NCBI GenBank assembly: GCA_050287085.1
Contig: JBNKBE010000031.1
Coordinates: forward strand, 1 to 55,938
Direction: 5' to 3'
Length of the DNA: 55,938 bases
DNA from: Polyangiaceae bacterium
GTDB lineage: Bacteria > Myxococcota_A > Polyangia > Polyangiales > Polyangiaceae
Each line of letters starts with the position of its first letter. The first letter of the stretch is position 1. Under the pieces are notes generated by a model that saw only the letters and a list, made by a program, of their open reading frames with translations, searched no databases and was not told the origin of the DNA. This document shows positions 27,089-37,819 of the stretch, one piece after another. The translations under genes and the position numbers were made by a program.

Positions 27089-28933
27089 GTGGCGACAGGC
27101 AAGAAACAAAACCTCGAATGGCGGATCTTGAAATGGCCGCTCGTGGTTGCGGCGGGAGGTGTCCCTCTCGTCGCCCTCGCTGGCCTCTTGGGTCTACCCC
27201 ACTGGCTCTACCTGGTGCTCGCCGCGCTGACGCAGCTTGCAGGATTGTGGGTCACACGCCGCAGGCTCCGAAAGGAGACCATCGAGTGGACGCAGCAGGC
27301 TCAGTCAGCGCTCGTGATGCGCAGCCTGGGGGATCTGGTCGCGACCGTCCCCAGCGCCTCCAACCACGAATTCGACATGCTGGCGGTTCGCTGGAATGAG
27401 TTACTAGACACGCTTGCCGAGCAAGCCGGTCGCTACGAGCGCACGATCGAGTACATCTCTGACGGAATTGCGACCCTGAACACCAACATGATGTTTCGCA
27501 CCGTTAATCCGGCAGGCGCGCGCTTGCTCGGGTGCCGGGACGCGGGCGAGCTGGTCGGAGAAAACTTCCGCTCCTTCATGATGCTTCCCGAAACGCTCGA
27601 GGACATCTTCGACGCCGAACACGGTTGTGATTTTCAGTGCCGCACGCGCGACGGCAGGGAAGTGCTCATGCGGGCGGAAGCCACTTGGCACCACGAGGGG
27701 GAAGACACCATTGGTATGGTGGTCTTTCGAAACATCACCGCCCAGCGCGAACTAGAGGACACTCTCGAACGGGCGCGGGACGCGGCGCTCCAGAACGCCA
27801 AGCTCAAGGCGGAGTTCCTGGCCAACATGAGCCACGAGATCCGAACCCCCATGAACGGCCTGCTCGGTATGGTCGAGCTACTGAAGGATACCGGGCTCGA
27901 CGCGGAGCAAGAAGAACTGGCCCGAACCATGGCTAGCTCGGCCGAATCGCTGCTTCGAATCATCAATGATATTCTCGATTTCTCGAAAATCGAATCCGGT
28001 AAGCTCACGATCGAAAAGACGGCCTTCAACCTCGAGCAGCTTACGGAAGAAATGCTCACGTTGGTGAAGCTGAAGGCGAGCGAAAAGAGCATCGCTCTGA
28101 CCGTGGACATCCAGGAAGATGTACCTCATACGGTGCAAGGCGATCCGACGCGAGTCCGGCAAGTTCTTTTGAATTTGGTGGGCAATTCCGTCAAGTTCAC
28201 GGAAAAGGGCGGCGTATCACTCTCCATTTCCCGCGCCACCGAGTTCAAGCGGGAGGCGCTCAAGTTCGAGGTCAAAGATACCGGCATCGGGATGACTCCC
28301 GATCAGTGCAAGAACGTGTTCACCCAATTCGTTCAGGCAGACACCTCAACGACACGCAGGTTCGGCGGCACCGGACTAGGGCTCAGCATCAGCAAACAGC
28401 TTGTGGAACTGATGGACGGTCAGATCGACGTCGCAAGCGAAGCCGGCGTCGGCTCAACCTTCACGGTGTACATTCCTCTCCCTGAGGCTCGGGCCAGCGA
28501 CGCGGAAGAAACAGAACCCCAAGACGACGATAGCGCGCCCGTTGCTTTCGACGTGCTGCTGGTGGACGACAATAGTGTTAACCAGACAGTGGCTCGTCGC
28601 TTCCTGGAGAAACTGGGGTGTACCGTTACCGTCGCCGCCAACGGTCAGCAGGCCCTCGAGCAGGTGCAGGCGAAGTGCTACGACATCGTCTTCATGGACT
28701 GCCAGATGCCCGTAATGGACGGCTTTGATGCCACGCGCGCGATCCGCTTGCTCGACGGCTCGTGTCGCGACGTACGGATTGTCGCCATGACGGCAAACGC
28801 GATGAAAGGCGATCGCGAACGTTGTATCGAAGCCGGCATGGACGACTATCTGACAAAACCGATACGCGTGCCGCTCCTCAAGAAGGCGCTGGCCCGTGGA
28901 ACGGCGCGCCACGTCGAGCCGCAAACCGCCTGA
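27089..28933 (+). CDS. Hybrid sensor histidine kinase (2 TM-PAS-HisKA-HATPase-REC)
   Basis: [48 protein letters not shown], receiver LVDDN..FMDCQMP..AMTAN..KP. Confidence 0.95.
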   Translation: MATGKKQNLEWRILKWPLVVAAGGVPLVALAGLLGLPHWLYLVLAALTQLAGLWVTRRRLRKETIEWTQQAQSALVMRSLGDLVATVPSASNHEFDMLAVRWNELLDTLAEQAGRYERTIEYISDGIATLNTNMMFRTVNPAGARLLGCRDAGELVGENFRSFMMLPETLEDIFDAEHGCDFQCRTRDGREVLMRAEATWHHEGEDTIGMVVFRNITAQRELEDTLERARDAALQNAKLKAEFLANMSHEIRTPMNGLLGMVELLKDTGLDAEQEELARTMASSAESLLRIINDILDFSKIESGKLTIEKTAFNLEQLTEEMLTLVKLKASEKSIALTVDIQEDVPHTVQGDPTRVRQVLLNLVGNSVKFTEKGGVSLSISRATEFKREALKFEVKDTGIGMTPDQCKNVFTQFVQADTSTTRRFGGTGLGLSISKQLVELMDGQIDVASEAGVGSTFTVYIPLPEARASDAEETEPQDDDSAPVAFDVLLVDDNSVNQTVARRFLEKLGCTVTVAANGQQALEQVQAKCYDIVFMDCQMPVMDGFDATRAIRLLDGSCRDVRIVAMTANAMKGDRERCIEAGMDDYLTKPIRVPLLKKALARGTARHVEPQTA

Positions 28934-29018
28934 CGCAAGCTGGCCCGTGGAAGCGCGCGCTAGCTCGCGCCGCAAACCGCCTGGCCCGTGGAAGCGCGCG
29001 CTGGCTCGCGCCGCAAAA
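28889..29018. repeat. 41-bp repeat, 3 copies, duplicating the 3' end of the histidine kinase gene
   Basis: Copies start at 28889 (in CDS), 28940 and 28981: ctggcccgtggaa..gcgcgc...tcgMgccgcaaa. Copies 2 and 3 are nearly identical. Confidence 0.85.
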
Positions 29019-29173
29019 CCACGAGCTCACAAGCTCACGAGCTGCACCGCGTCGAGTGGCTCCCGCCCCGGGTATCGCCCGTGGTTGCCCCCGACTCCGC
29101 GAGGCGTTCTTGAGCGAGCTCCGGAGCGCAAGTCACAAGCCGAAACACGCTGACCGCAGGCCGCGACTGTCGA

Positions 29174-29305
29174 GACGTCGTGCGCGCGGCGACCAGGTCG
29201 GAAGCCGTGACTATGCTCCGAGAAGCCCGGCTCGAACATCGCTTGCAGGACCTGCAATAGAGCCTGCTGGATGAAGCGCTCGAGCACGGTTGGACTACCA
29301 AGCAG
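29174..29305 (-). pseudogene. Group II intron reverse transcriptase/maturase fragment (RT motif 2/2a)
   Basis: LLGSPTVLERFIQQALLQVLQAMFEPGFSEHSHGFRPGRRAHDV matches the LtrA-type consensus LGIPTVxDRxIQQAxxQVL..FEPxFSxxSYGFRPGRSAHDA. Similarity stops on both sides. Confidence 0.88.
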
Positions 29306-29495
29306 AGCCTGGCAGTCTCCTGCCGGCGTGCCCCGCTCGGCAACGCGTCGGCTCCAGCTCTTGCCTCGGCCCGCATTTCGCGCTCCTCGCCTTCTTCCCG
29401 CGGTGGATTGGCCTTCCGCCTGCGCTTCCTGCCATCAGGATAACCTCCTCTCGGTGGGACTTGCACCCGCAGATAGCCGCCCATGAGGGGTGCAC
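29174..29495 (-). mobile_element. Degenerate group II intron remnant (class C-like 5' end + RT fragment)
   Basis: Minus strand begins GTGCACCCCTCATGGGCGGCTATCTGCGGGTGCAAGTCCC right after a terminator hairpin. This resembles class C intron 5' ends (GUGYGCCC..CAUGGG..GGGUG.AAGUCCC, recalled from memory). An RT fragment follows about 190 nt later. No domain V/VI or YADD seen. Confidence 0.75.
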
Positions 29496-29532
29496 AAAGC
29501 AAAACGGGCCACCCTTTGGGGTGACCCGTCTT
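29496..29532 (-). terminator. Rho-independent terminator of pilA
   Basis: Minus strand: aagacgggtcaccc-caaa-gggtggcccgtttt-gcttt, a long stem followed by a U-rich tail about 40 nt after the pilA stop. Confidence 0.85.
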
Positions 29533-29569
29533 CTGCCCCGAGCCATGCGGGGCGGAAGCCAGCTTTGGC

Positions 29570-30154
29570 TTATTCCGAAGGCAACGTCTCCGTGATGGCC
29601 GGATCGACGGCCAACACAAGAGCCGTACCGGAGGCTCGTACGGTCCCACCGAGCACGAAGGTCGAGGTTACGCCGTCACCGTCCAAGTCACCCTGGGCCA
29701 GCGCTTGAAAGGTCTCGCCGTTGGCGGCCGTCGTCCCCGCCATGTTGGAGGTAAAGTTATACGCGAAGTATTGGGCCTGCTCCATGCTGAAGTTCAAACA
29801 CGTCCAGCTGGCATCGTTCCAGTTCGCCGGAGACGATTGGTACTTCTGGGCCGCCGGAGGGGCTGCGGGCACGGAAGCCGGCGCCGCGGGACACAGGACC
29901 CGGCCGCTGCCCACGCTGGAACCCAATGCCAAGGAAGCCCCAGCCATCTTTTCGCCGTTGAAGGCGGAAACCTGACCCTTCGCCATGGCGCCCAAGGCGC
30001 CACGCGCCTCGGCTGATTTGGCGTTAGATACGTAGCGGCTGACGCCGTAGACCGCCAGGGCCGCCAGCACGCCGATGATGGCCACCACAATCATCAATTC
30101 GACGAGGGTGAATCCGCGGCGGCTCTTCTGGGACAGGGTCTTGATCAGTTTCAT
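29570..30154 (-). CDS. pilA: Type IVa major pilin
   Basis: Class III signal RRG|FTLVELMIVVAIIGVLAALAV, two Cys, C-terminal AQGDLDGDG typical of myxobacterial pilins; has its own sigma54 promoter and terminator. Confidence 0.9.
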   Translation of the reverse strand: MKLIKTLSQKSRRGFTLVELMIVVAIIGVLAALAVYGVSRYVSNAKSAEARGALGAMAKGQVSAFNGEKMAGASLALGSSVGSGRVLCPAAPASVPAAPPAAQKYQSSPANWNDASWTCLNFSMEQAQYFAYNFTSNMAGTTAANGETFQALAQGDLDGDGVTSTFVLGGTVRASGTALVLAVDPAITETLPSE

Positions 30155-30256
30155 GGAAAGGTTCCTTGTTGGATAGGTGAATTCGGACTGAGAGGGACTG
30201 CCATCCGCAGCCGCCCTTGCAGCCCGCGAAGCGTCTTGGTTCGTTGCTCAGTACCT

Positions 30257-30272
30257 AGCAGCGCGCGTGCCA
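30257..30272 (-). promoter_or_regulatory. sigma54 -24/-12 promoter of pilA
   Basis: Minus strand TGGCACGCGCGCTGCT with GG-N10-GC, about 100 nt upstream of the pilA ATG. Consistent with sigma54/PilR control of pilA in Myxococcus and Pseudomonas. Confidence 0.8.
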
Positions 30273-30454
30273 CCCCAAACAAAGCTCCCAAAAGGGAACA
30301 CGAGGCGTGGTTTGCCCCGTGCGCGAAGCGTCAGCAGCCCAAACGCCCCTGAGCGTTCCCACGCAGGTGCCCAAATTCGTCACTGCAAGCACGAAAACAG
30401 GACGACATTTGTCCGTCTCCTTCACCCCGAAATAGGCGTAATTGCGCACATTCG

Positions 30455-30565
30455 CTCGCCCGCGAGCACAGCGGAGCCCAATCAGGACTCGCCCGCGAGT
30501 ACAGGGAGCCCGCTCAGGGCTCGCCCGCGAGTACAGGGAGCCCGCTCAGGGCTCGCCCGCGAGCA
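30455..30565. repeat. 32-bp palindromic tandem repeat, about 3.4 copies, spanning the stop of the HEAT-repeat gene
   Basis: Unit ctcgcccgcgagtacagggagcccgctcaggg at 30488 and 30520 (identical), a degenerate copy at 30455 and a partial copy at 30552. Contains inverted repeats ctcgc/gcgag and gagccc/gggctc. Confidence 0.88.
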
Positions 30566-31862
30566 ACATCCCGCAGGCGGCAGGTACCCGCACGGCTGCG
30601 GACGGATCTGCCAGCGCGGAGGCGGCCAACGCCACTTTGCCCAGGTGCCAAGCCTGGAGCGCCGCGTCCAAGCGCTCGTGGGGCACGTCGGACTCGAGCG
30701 CTTTGGCCAGCGCCGCCGCAACCGAGGCATCGTGCAGCTCCACCAAGTAGCGACGAGCCGTCGCCGCCGTCGTGCCGCCAGTCTCCAACAAGCGATGCAA
30801 GGCAGCGAGGCCTTCGGTGCGGTGTGCTGGGTAGGCCGCCAAGCGGCCCCACAGGGCGACCTCAACGGCCGGACTCAATGGGGACGACGCTGGTGGAGTC
30901 TGCAAACCAGCCCCCAATAGTGTCGCCAGCGCCTGCCGCACGGTCTCGGAATGAGGCAACAATGCAGCCGCCAGTCGTTGCTCGTCGGCGCTGCCAGAAG
31001 TGAGCGCCGCGAGCAGCCGCGCTTCTGCCTCAGCGCGCAGCGGAGCGCCCGGGGGCTCGTGCAAGAGCAGCGCGCGCGCGGCAACAAGCTGAACTAGGCC
31101 GCGCTGCTGCCCGAGCACCCGCACCAGAGCCGCATGTCCCCCGGCACGCAAGGTCTTCGGACGGGCCCACGCGCTGACAATGGCCTGTTTCAGGCCCTCA
31201 TCTGCAAACTCCCACAGCTCCCACAGAGCAGCGCTCACCTGAGCGCCCCCGATAGCCCCAAGGGTTTGGACCGCAATACTGCGCACAAGAGAGTCCGGAT
31301 CGTGACGCGCCACGTCCAGAAGCCCGTCGTAGTCCGAGCGGCTCGGCTCCGCATGGGCGGCCAACACCGCCCCCCGGCGTACTCGAAGGTCCGGAGCCAA
31401 GAAATAGGCGCGGCGCGCCATGCCCCGCTTGGGCCCCAGCGCCGCACGCGCCGCAACCGCTTGCCACGCCGGCCGGTCATCGCGGGCGTACCCCTCGAAG
31501 AGGACGTCGGCTTGGGCGATATCCGCCTCCAGCAACGCTTGCGCCGCCGCCGCCGCCACATTGTCGTCCCCCCGCCTCGCTCGCTGCTTGAAGGCCCAAG
31601 GCGTTTTCCGCGCGCAAGCGCGAGCCTCCCGAACGCGATCGACACCGCTGTCCCCCTGGGCCGTGAGAATCTCACGCTCCAGCATCGCGCTAGCCACCTC
31701 CCGAACGTCGTCGGCTTCGAGTTCCGCTTCCGTCGCTGCGTCGAGCTTTTCACTCAACTGCTCCAGACTGCCTTCCCGCGCCACCCGCGCCAAGCTGCTC
31801 GCTCCACACCCATACAGCAGCAGACCGAGAGCCAGTCCAGCGCCCACTCGAATTCGGATCAT
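30546..31862 (-). CDS. HEAT-repeat lipoprotein
   Basis: Lipobox LLLYGC; repeated D..VR..A..ALG units (DLRVRRGAV, DPDSLVRSIAVQTLG, LADPSAAVRVPAA). Confidence 0.75.
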   Translation of the reverse strand: MIRIRVGAGLALGLLLYGCGASSLARVAREGSLEQLSEKLDAATEAELEADDVREVASAMLEREILTAQGDSGVDRVREARACARKTPWAFKQRARRGDDNVAAAAAQALLEADIAQADVLFEGYARDDRPAWQAVAARAALGPKRGMARRAYFLAPDLRVRRGAVLAAHAEPSRSDYDGLLDVARHDPDSLVRSIAVQTLGAIGGAQVSAALWELWEFADEGLKQAIVSAWARPKTLRAGGHAALVRVLGQQRGLVQLVAARALLLHEPPGAPLRAEAEARLLAALTSGSADEQRLAAALLPHSETVRQALATLLGAGLQTPPASSPLSPAVEVALWGRLAAYPAHRTEGLAALHRLLETGGTTAATARRYLVELHDASVAAALAKALESDVPHERLDAALQAWHLGKVALAASALADPSAAVRVPAACGMLLAGEP

Positions 31863-31979
31863 GCCACCGCCCCATAACACAACCCGACCCTCAGAAGCGA
31901 AGTCGGTGTGCTTCAGGTTTGGGAATACGCGCGCGGCCGTCCCAGCTGCGCCAAGGCGCGCGAGCGCCGGCGCCGCCCC

Positions 31980-33725
<1,746 letters not shown>

Positions 33726-34341
33726 CTACGACAGCGGTGGGGCAAACTCAAATCCATCCTGGGCTCGGCCGGCGGGCGAACTCGCTGCACGAGACAAAGC
33801 TTTGTCATGGGCCTTGCCCATGTTGCCTCGTGCACCCGACGTGTTCACATCTGGTGCTCCGTCCCGGCTTCACGAATCTATTGCGCAAACCGGCGCCATT
33901 GTGCCGCGACGCCGCCCAATGGCCCTGCTGACCGTGCCAACGCTCCGGTCGTTCGCAGCGGGTCGCCTTGTCCACACGTCCGCGGTGCTCCACGAAGACG
34001 GCCACTGCGTCCACGCTCTGATCGCTACCGAAAGGACCGCTTCCGCGGAGCACGCCAAAGGTGCCTTCCCATCCGGGCTTGAGCGTTGGAAGCCTCATGA
34101 TGGGAGGTTGGTCTATCACGCGTGGAGCTTCCGTGCACAGCTCAAATCGCCCTGCACGCAATTACCTTGGAAGCGGTTGAAGCTCACTGCAATGCACTCA
34201 GAACGAGCCCCAAGATCGACGGACCCCGTCGCGGGCTTTGCGCATCCCCGATGGGCTGTCCGCGGCAGCCACCGCAGCGGGCGTCAACACACGGCACGAC
34301 CCGCTCTTTGCCACGGCAAAGCCCCGTATTGGCCGCGAACG

Positions 34342-35097
34342 CTAGAATCCGCCGTGCAGCATCAGCCCGGCTCCACCTGGAAGCGAGATCACAGAGGCGG
34401 CTAGCTCGGAGGGTGCTGGCTCCGAGTCTTCGGTTTCCATCAGCACGCCCTCGAGCGCGATTCCAATGCCACCGATCTGCAGCAACGCGCCGAGGGTAGC
34501 GAACACCGAGCGCGCGACCACTGGCACAGCGTCACAGCCGGACTCATGGGCGCCACATCCGGCGTTGGCCAGGTAGATCCAACCGCCAACTACGGGTAAA
34601 CGCAGCGACTTGGCGCGAGGGCTATCCGGCCACAACGCCCCCGTGCCGTAGTCCAAGCCGTAGCCGGCAAGCGTCATCAAGAGCCCGGTGCTCAGCACTC
34701 CGATCCGAGCGGCGGGGGGTGGATATGGCCCGGCCGCTGGCGCAAGCGTGGAACTTGTAGCAGCTCCCGGCCCCGAGTTCCGAGCTCGACTCGCCCCCGC
34801 CGGTCGGGGAGGCGCCACGACGGCCACCGGCGGTGGGATCTCGGCGGAAGCGCTCGCCGGCGCTGGCTGCGAAGCGCTCGCCGGCGCTGGCTGCGATGCG
34901 CTCGCTGGTACCGACTCGGCGGGCGGCTGCGCATCGGGCGTGGAACTCTGCGCGCAGGCCTCACGCAGCGGCAGAAGGAAAGCGCTCGCCAACGCGACCG
35001 ACACAAGCCCTCGAACGGCGGCACGCCCGGCTCTTCCCGCTGCGGCATTCAGACTCGCCGCATCGCGCGGCGACAAAAGCTGTTGATGAAGGCACAT
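34342..35097 (-). CDS. Hypothetical exported/membrane protein with Pro/Ala-rich linker and C-terminal beta-strand (GLMLHGGF)
   Basis: Signal-like segment, PASASQPA repeats, hydrophobic segments, LPVVGGW, terminal Phe. Start uncertain. Confidence 0.6.
   Translation of the reverse strand: MCLHQQLLSPRDAASLNAAAGRAGRAAVRGLVSVALASAFLLPLREACAQSSTPDAQPPAESVPASASQPAPASASQPAPASASAEIPPPVAVVAPPRPAGASRARNSGPGAATSSTLAPAAGPYPPPAARIGVLSTGLLMTLAGYGLDYGTGALWPDSPRAKSLRLPVVGGWIYLANAGCGAHESGCDAVPVVARSVFATLGALLQIGGIGIALEGVLMETEDSEPAPSELAASVISLPGGAGLMLHGGF
34847..34908. repeat. 24-bp coding tandem repeat, about 2.5 copies (PASASQPA)
   Basis: gaagcgctcgccggcgctggctgc twice plus a partial degenerate copy. Confidence 0.8.
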
Positions 35098-35228
35098 GGT
35101 CCGTGGAACGCCGAAGCGCCCTGCTTCTGCCTCGCTTCCGCCACAAAAGCAACCTTGGCAACCGCCCAACGAAGAGACAGAGTCCCTGGCCGAAGTGAGG
35201 GCCGCCCCCGTCTGCCGCGCAGCGCGCT

Positions 35229-35960
35229 TCAGGGGGCGGAAGAAGGCGCAAGTCCGCAGGCGCGGGCCACGGCGTCGCGGTAGCTCTGCCACGCGTCAAG
35301 CACCTGATTCATGCACGACAGCACGCCCCCGCGCTGAACCTCCGGCACATGGTCGAGAACGACACGCCAGGCGGCCTGCCGGTGTGAGCCCTCCACCTGC
35401 CTATGCGCCTTCGTGAGCGCGAGGTGTTCAAGCGGCAGGCCGTAGTGCACGACGAGCGGGTGTTGCTCCAAGGGCGGGCTGGGACGCACCGGCGCCGCGG
35501 CGTCGAGCTCTCCGCGCTCGTACTGGGTGCCCTCAATAAACAAGGTGGTGACGGCCGCAGCAACGCCCCAAGGTCGCTTCTGCACGAACTCGTCGATCAA
35601 CCTGCGGTAGCGCTCAGCGGCCGGTAGCAGCTCTACGTCGCCAAAGCGCGTGAGGTCCATGCCGAGGCCCCGCGGGTATTCGAGAAAGAGCTCCGGATGA
35701 GGCCGCCCCGCGACCAGTCCTCCAGTTTCTTCTTCATACAGATTCTCGGCCAGCTCACGCCGCGCCACGGCATCGGGACAACGTACGTAGGCCCAGCCGA
35801 TAAGAACGGGAAAGTCGCGGACGTAGACTTCGTACTCTTGCTCGAAGTGAATGTGGAGCTTGTCGGCAGGTACCAGTCCCTGCTGAAAAGAAGGCCAAGC
35901 CCAATGCGTCTTGCGCTCCATCACGCCCAGCAGGCCTTCCAGGAATTCACTGCGATCCAT
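35229..35960 (-). CDS. Heme-oxygenase-like diiron redox enzyme (PqqC/TenA/CADD superfamily)
   Basis: HWAW, YVRDFP, ENLYEEETG..PHPELF, IEG, AHRQVEGSH. The E..H / E / H..E..H pattern fits HDO metal ligands. Confidence 0.75.
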   Translation of the reverse strand: MDRSEFLEGLLGVMERKTHWAWPSFQQGLVPADKLHIHFEQEYEVYVRDFPVLIGWAYVRCPDAVARRELAENLYEEETGGLVAGRPHPELFLEYPRGLGMDLTRFGDVELLPAAERYRRLIDEFVQKRPWGVAAAVTTLFIEGTQYERGELDAAAPVRPSPPLEQHPLVVHYGLPLEHLALTKAHRQVEGSHRQAAWRVVLDHVPEVQRGGVLSCMNQVLDAWQSYRDAVARACGLAPSSAP

Positions 35961-36128
35961 GCTGCGGACGAGCGTATCGCCGATGGTCCGAGCCGTCGAT
36001 AGTGCGGTCGCAGGAAAGTCGACTCCAAAAAAGGCATCGCGGCGAACGCGGCGGCTGCGATAGGCTGGCGCGCTATGGGTCGAATCGGCGCACTACCCCC
36101 GAACACGGCGGCGCGTGGACAGCAAGAA

Positions 36129-37559
36129 GTGCCTCACGGACGGCCGACGCGACGGGCAGCGCTTGCGTGGGCGGCAGGCACGCTGCTCGTCCCGACCTCT
36201 GCGACCGCAGACGCGCAGGCCACGCCCCGCGTGGTCGCCGCCCTCAATGAGCTCAAAGCTTGGGTGGAGGCCCGAAAAGGAGAGCTCGGAGCCCTGATTG
36301 TCGACTTGGCGCGGGGCCAGGCGTTAGCGCAGTCCGGAGCCGAGCGCCCCCTGAACCCGGCCTCGAATATGAAGCTCATCACGGCAGCAGCGGCGCTCGA
36401 CGTGCTGGGACCGGAGCGGACGTTTCACACCGGACTGTATGGCCAGCGCCGCGGGGACGCCGTTGCGGTCCTGGCGCTGCGCGGTGGCGGCGATCCTTCG
36501 CTGGGAGAGGAAGACCTGTGGCGACTGGCAAACGTAGTGGCCGAATCCCGCGTGCGCGAGGTCGGCGAGCTGCTGGTGGATCAGAACGCCTTCGATGCTC
36601 AGTTCGTTCCCCCCGCTTTCGAGCAACAGCCTGACGAGTGGGCCGCCTTTCGCGCGCCCATCAGCGCCCTTGCGCTCGAGCGCAATACCCTCACCTGCAA
36701 CGTTCAGCCGACGCGTGCAGGTCAGCCCGCCATCGTTTGGATACAGCCGGCTGGGGCGATCGAAAGCGCGGGCAGCGTCGCGACCGCGCCACGCGGCAAA
36801 GGCCAGGCTATTCAATGGTCCCTGTCGTCCGGTAGCCAGGGACTTCTGTCGACCGTGGGAGGGCACATCTCAGAGGGCCTCGGGCGGATGCGTTTCAGTC
36901 GCCGTCTGGACGACCCGCGACTCGTGCCCGGGCATGTGCTCGCCCATCAGCTGCGCCGCGCGGGGCTGAAGGTCGGCCCGGTGAAGCTAGGACGCGCCGA
37001 GGCGTTGCCTCGTTTGACGTACCACGCCTCAGCACCGCTGTCCCAGCTGCTTCTGCCCTTGGGCAAGCGCAGCGACAACTTCACCGCCGAGATGCTGCTC
37101 AAGGCGCTAGCCCTGGAAGAACGCGTTGACGGGGCTAGCAGCGCTGACGGCATCGCAGTCCTCGAGAAGTGGCTCGCCCCCATCGCGCCCAAGCGGCCAG
37201 GCGAACGCTTCATGAACGGTTCCGGTCTGTTTGACGCCAACCGCGTGACGGCCACCACGTTGGTCCGCGTTCTGCAACACGCCCACCACTCACCGGTCGC
37301 CAGCGAGTTTCGAGCGCAGCTGTCGATCGGTGGGGTCGACGGGACTCTCACCTCGCGCTTTCGTGAACATGGCGCAGCGCGCCGAGTGCGCGCCAAGACG
37401 GGGACCCTCGAGCGGGCCATCGCACTCAGCGGTTTTGCCACGGGAAAGGCCGGTGGCGCTTCGGCCTTTGCGCTGCTCGTCACCGGGATCGCGGGGCGGC
37501 ATGCAGCCATTCGAGAGCGGATCGACCGGGTGGTGGAAACGCTGCTAGCTGAGACCTAG
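36129..37559 (+). CDS. dacB: D-Ala-D-Ala carboxypeptidase/endopeptidase (PBP4, peptidase S13)
   Basis: PASNMK (SxxK), GGGDPSL, SDN, NGSGL, GVDGTL, AKTGTL; possible twin-Arg signal PTRRAAL. Start 36075 or 36129. Confidence 0.9.
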   Translation: MPHGRPTRRAALAWAAGTLLVPTSATADAQATPRVVAALNELKAWVEARKGELGALIVDLARGQALAQSGAERPLNPASNMKLITAAAALDVLGPERTFHTGLYGQRRGDAVAVLALRGGGDPSLGEEDLWRLANVVAESRVREVGELLVDQNAFDAQFVPPAFEQQPDEWAAFRAPISALALERNTLTCNVQPTRAGQPAIVWIQPAGAIESAGSVATAPRGKGQAIQWSLSSGSQGLLSTVGGHISEGLGRMRFSRRLDDPRLVPGHVLAHQLRRAGLKVGPVKLGRAEALPRLTYHASAPLSQLLLPLGKRSDNFTAEMLLKALALEERVDGASSADGIAVLEKWLAPIAPKRPGERFMNGSGLFDANRVTATTLVRVLQHAHHSPVASEFRAQLSIGGVDGTLTSRFREHGAARRVRAKTGTLERAIALSGFATGKAGGASAFALLVTGIAGRHAAIRERIDRVVETLLAET

Positions 37560-37819
37560 TCGCCCTCCACTGCGCCAGAGACGAGGCAGCACAACGGCCC
37601 TTCGATTTCGCAATTGCCGCTTGCGAGGCCGCGCGCACGGCGACTACACCCGACCTTGAGCCTCAGATTGGCCGGTGGCAAGACTGCACGCGGGAGCTCT
37701 TGTGGGCGGCCGGCGATCCCAGGGACGGCGGCAGTCGCCCGCAGGTGGCGCTGAGGGTCCGCGGTCGACGAGTCAGGCGACCCAAGTGACGACTACAACA
37801 AGAGAACGGTGACGAGAAC

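Noticed and set aside
29027..29305. RT fragment beside a pilin as a diversity-generating retroelement or retron
   Set aside because: No full RT, no TR/VR pair matching pilA and no msr-msd seen; the sequence and insertion context fit a group II intron.
30455..30565. Palindromic 32-bp repeats as a CRISPR array
   Set aside because: Head-to-tail copies with no unique spacers and no cas genes.
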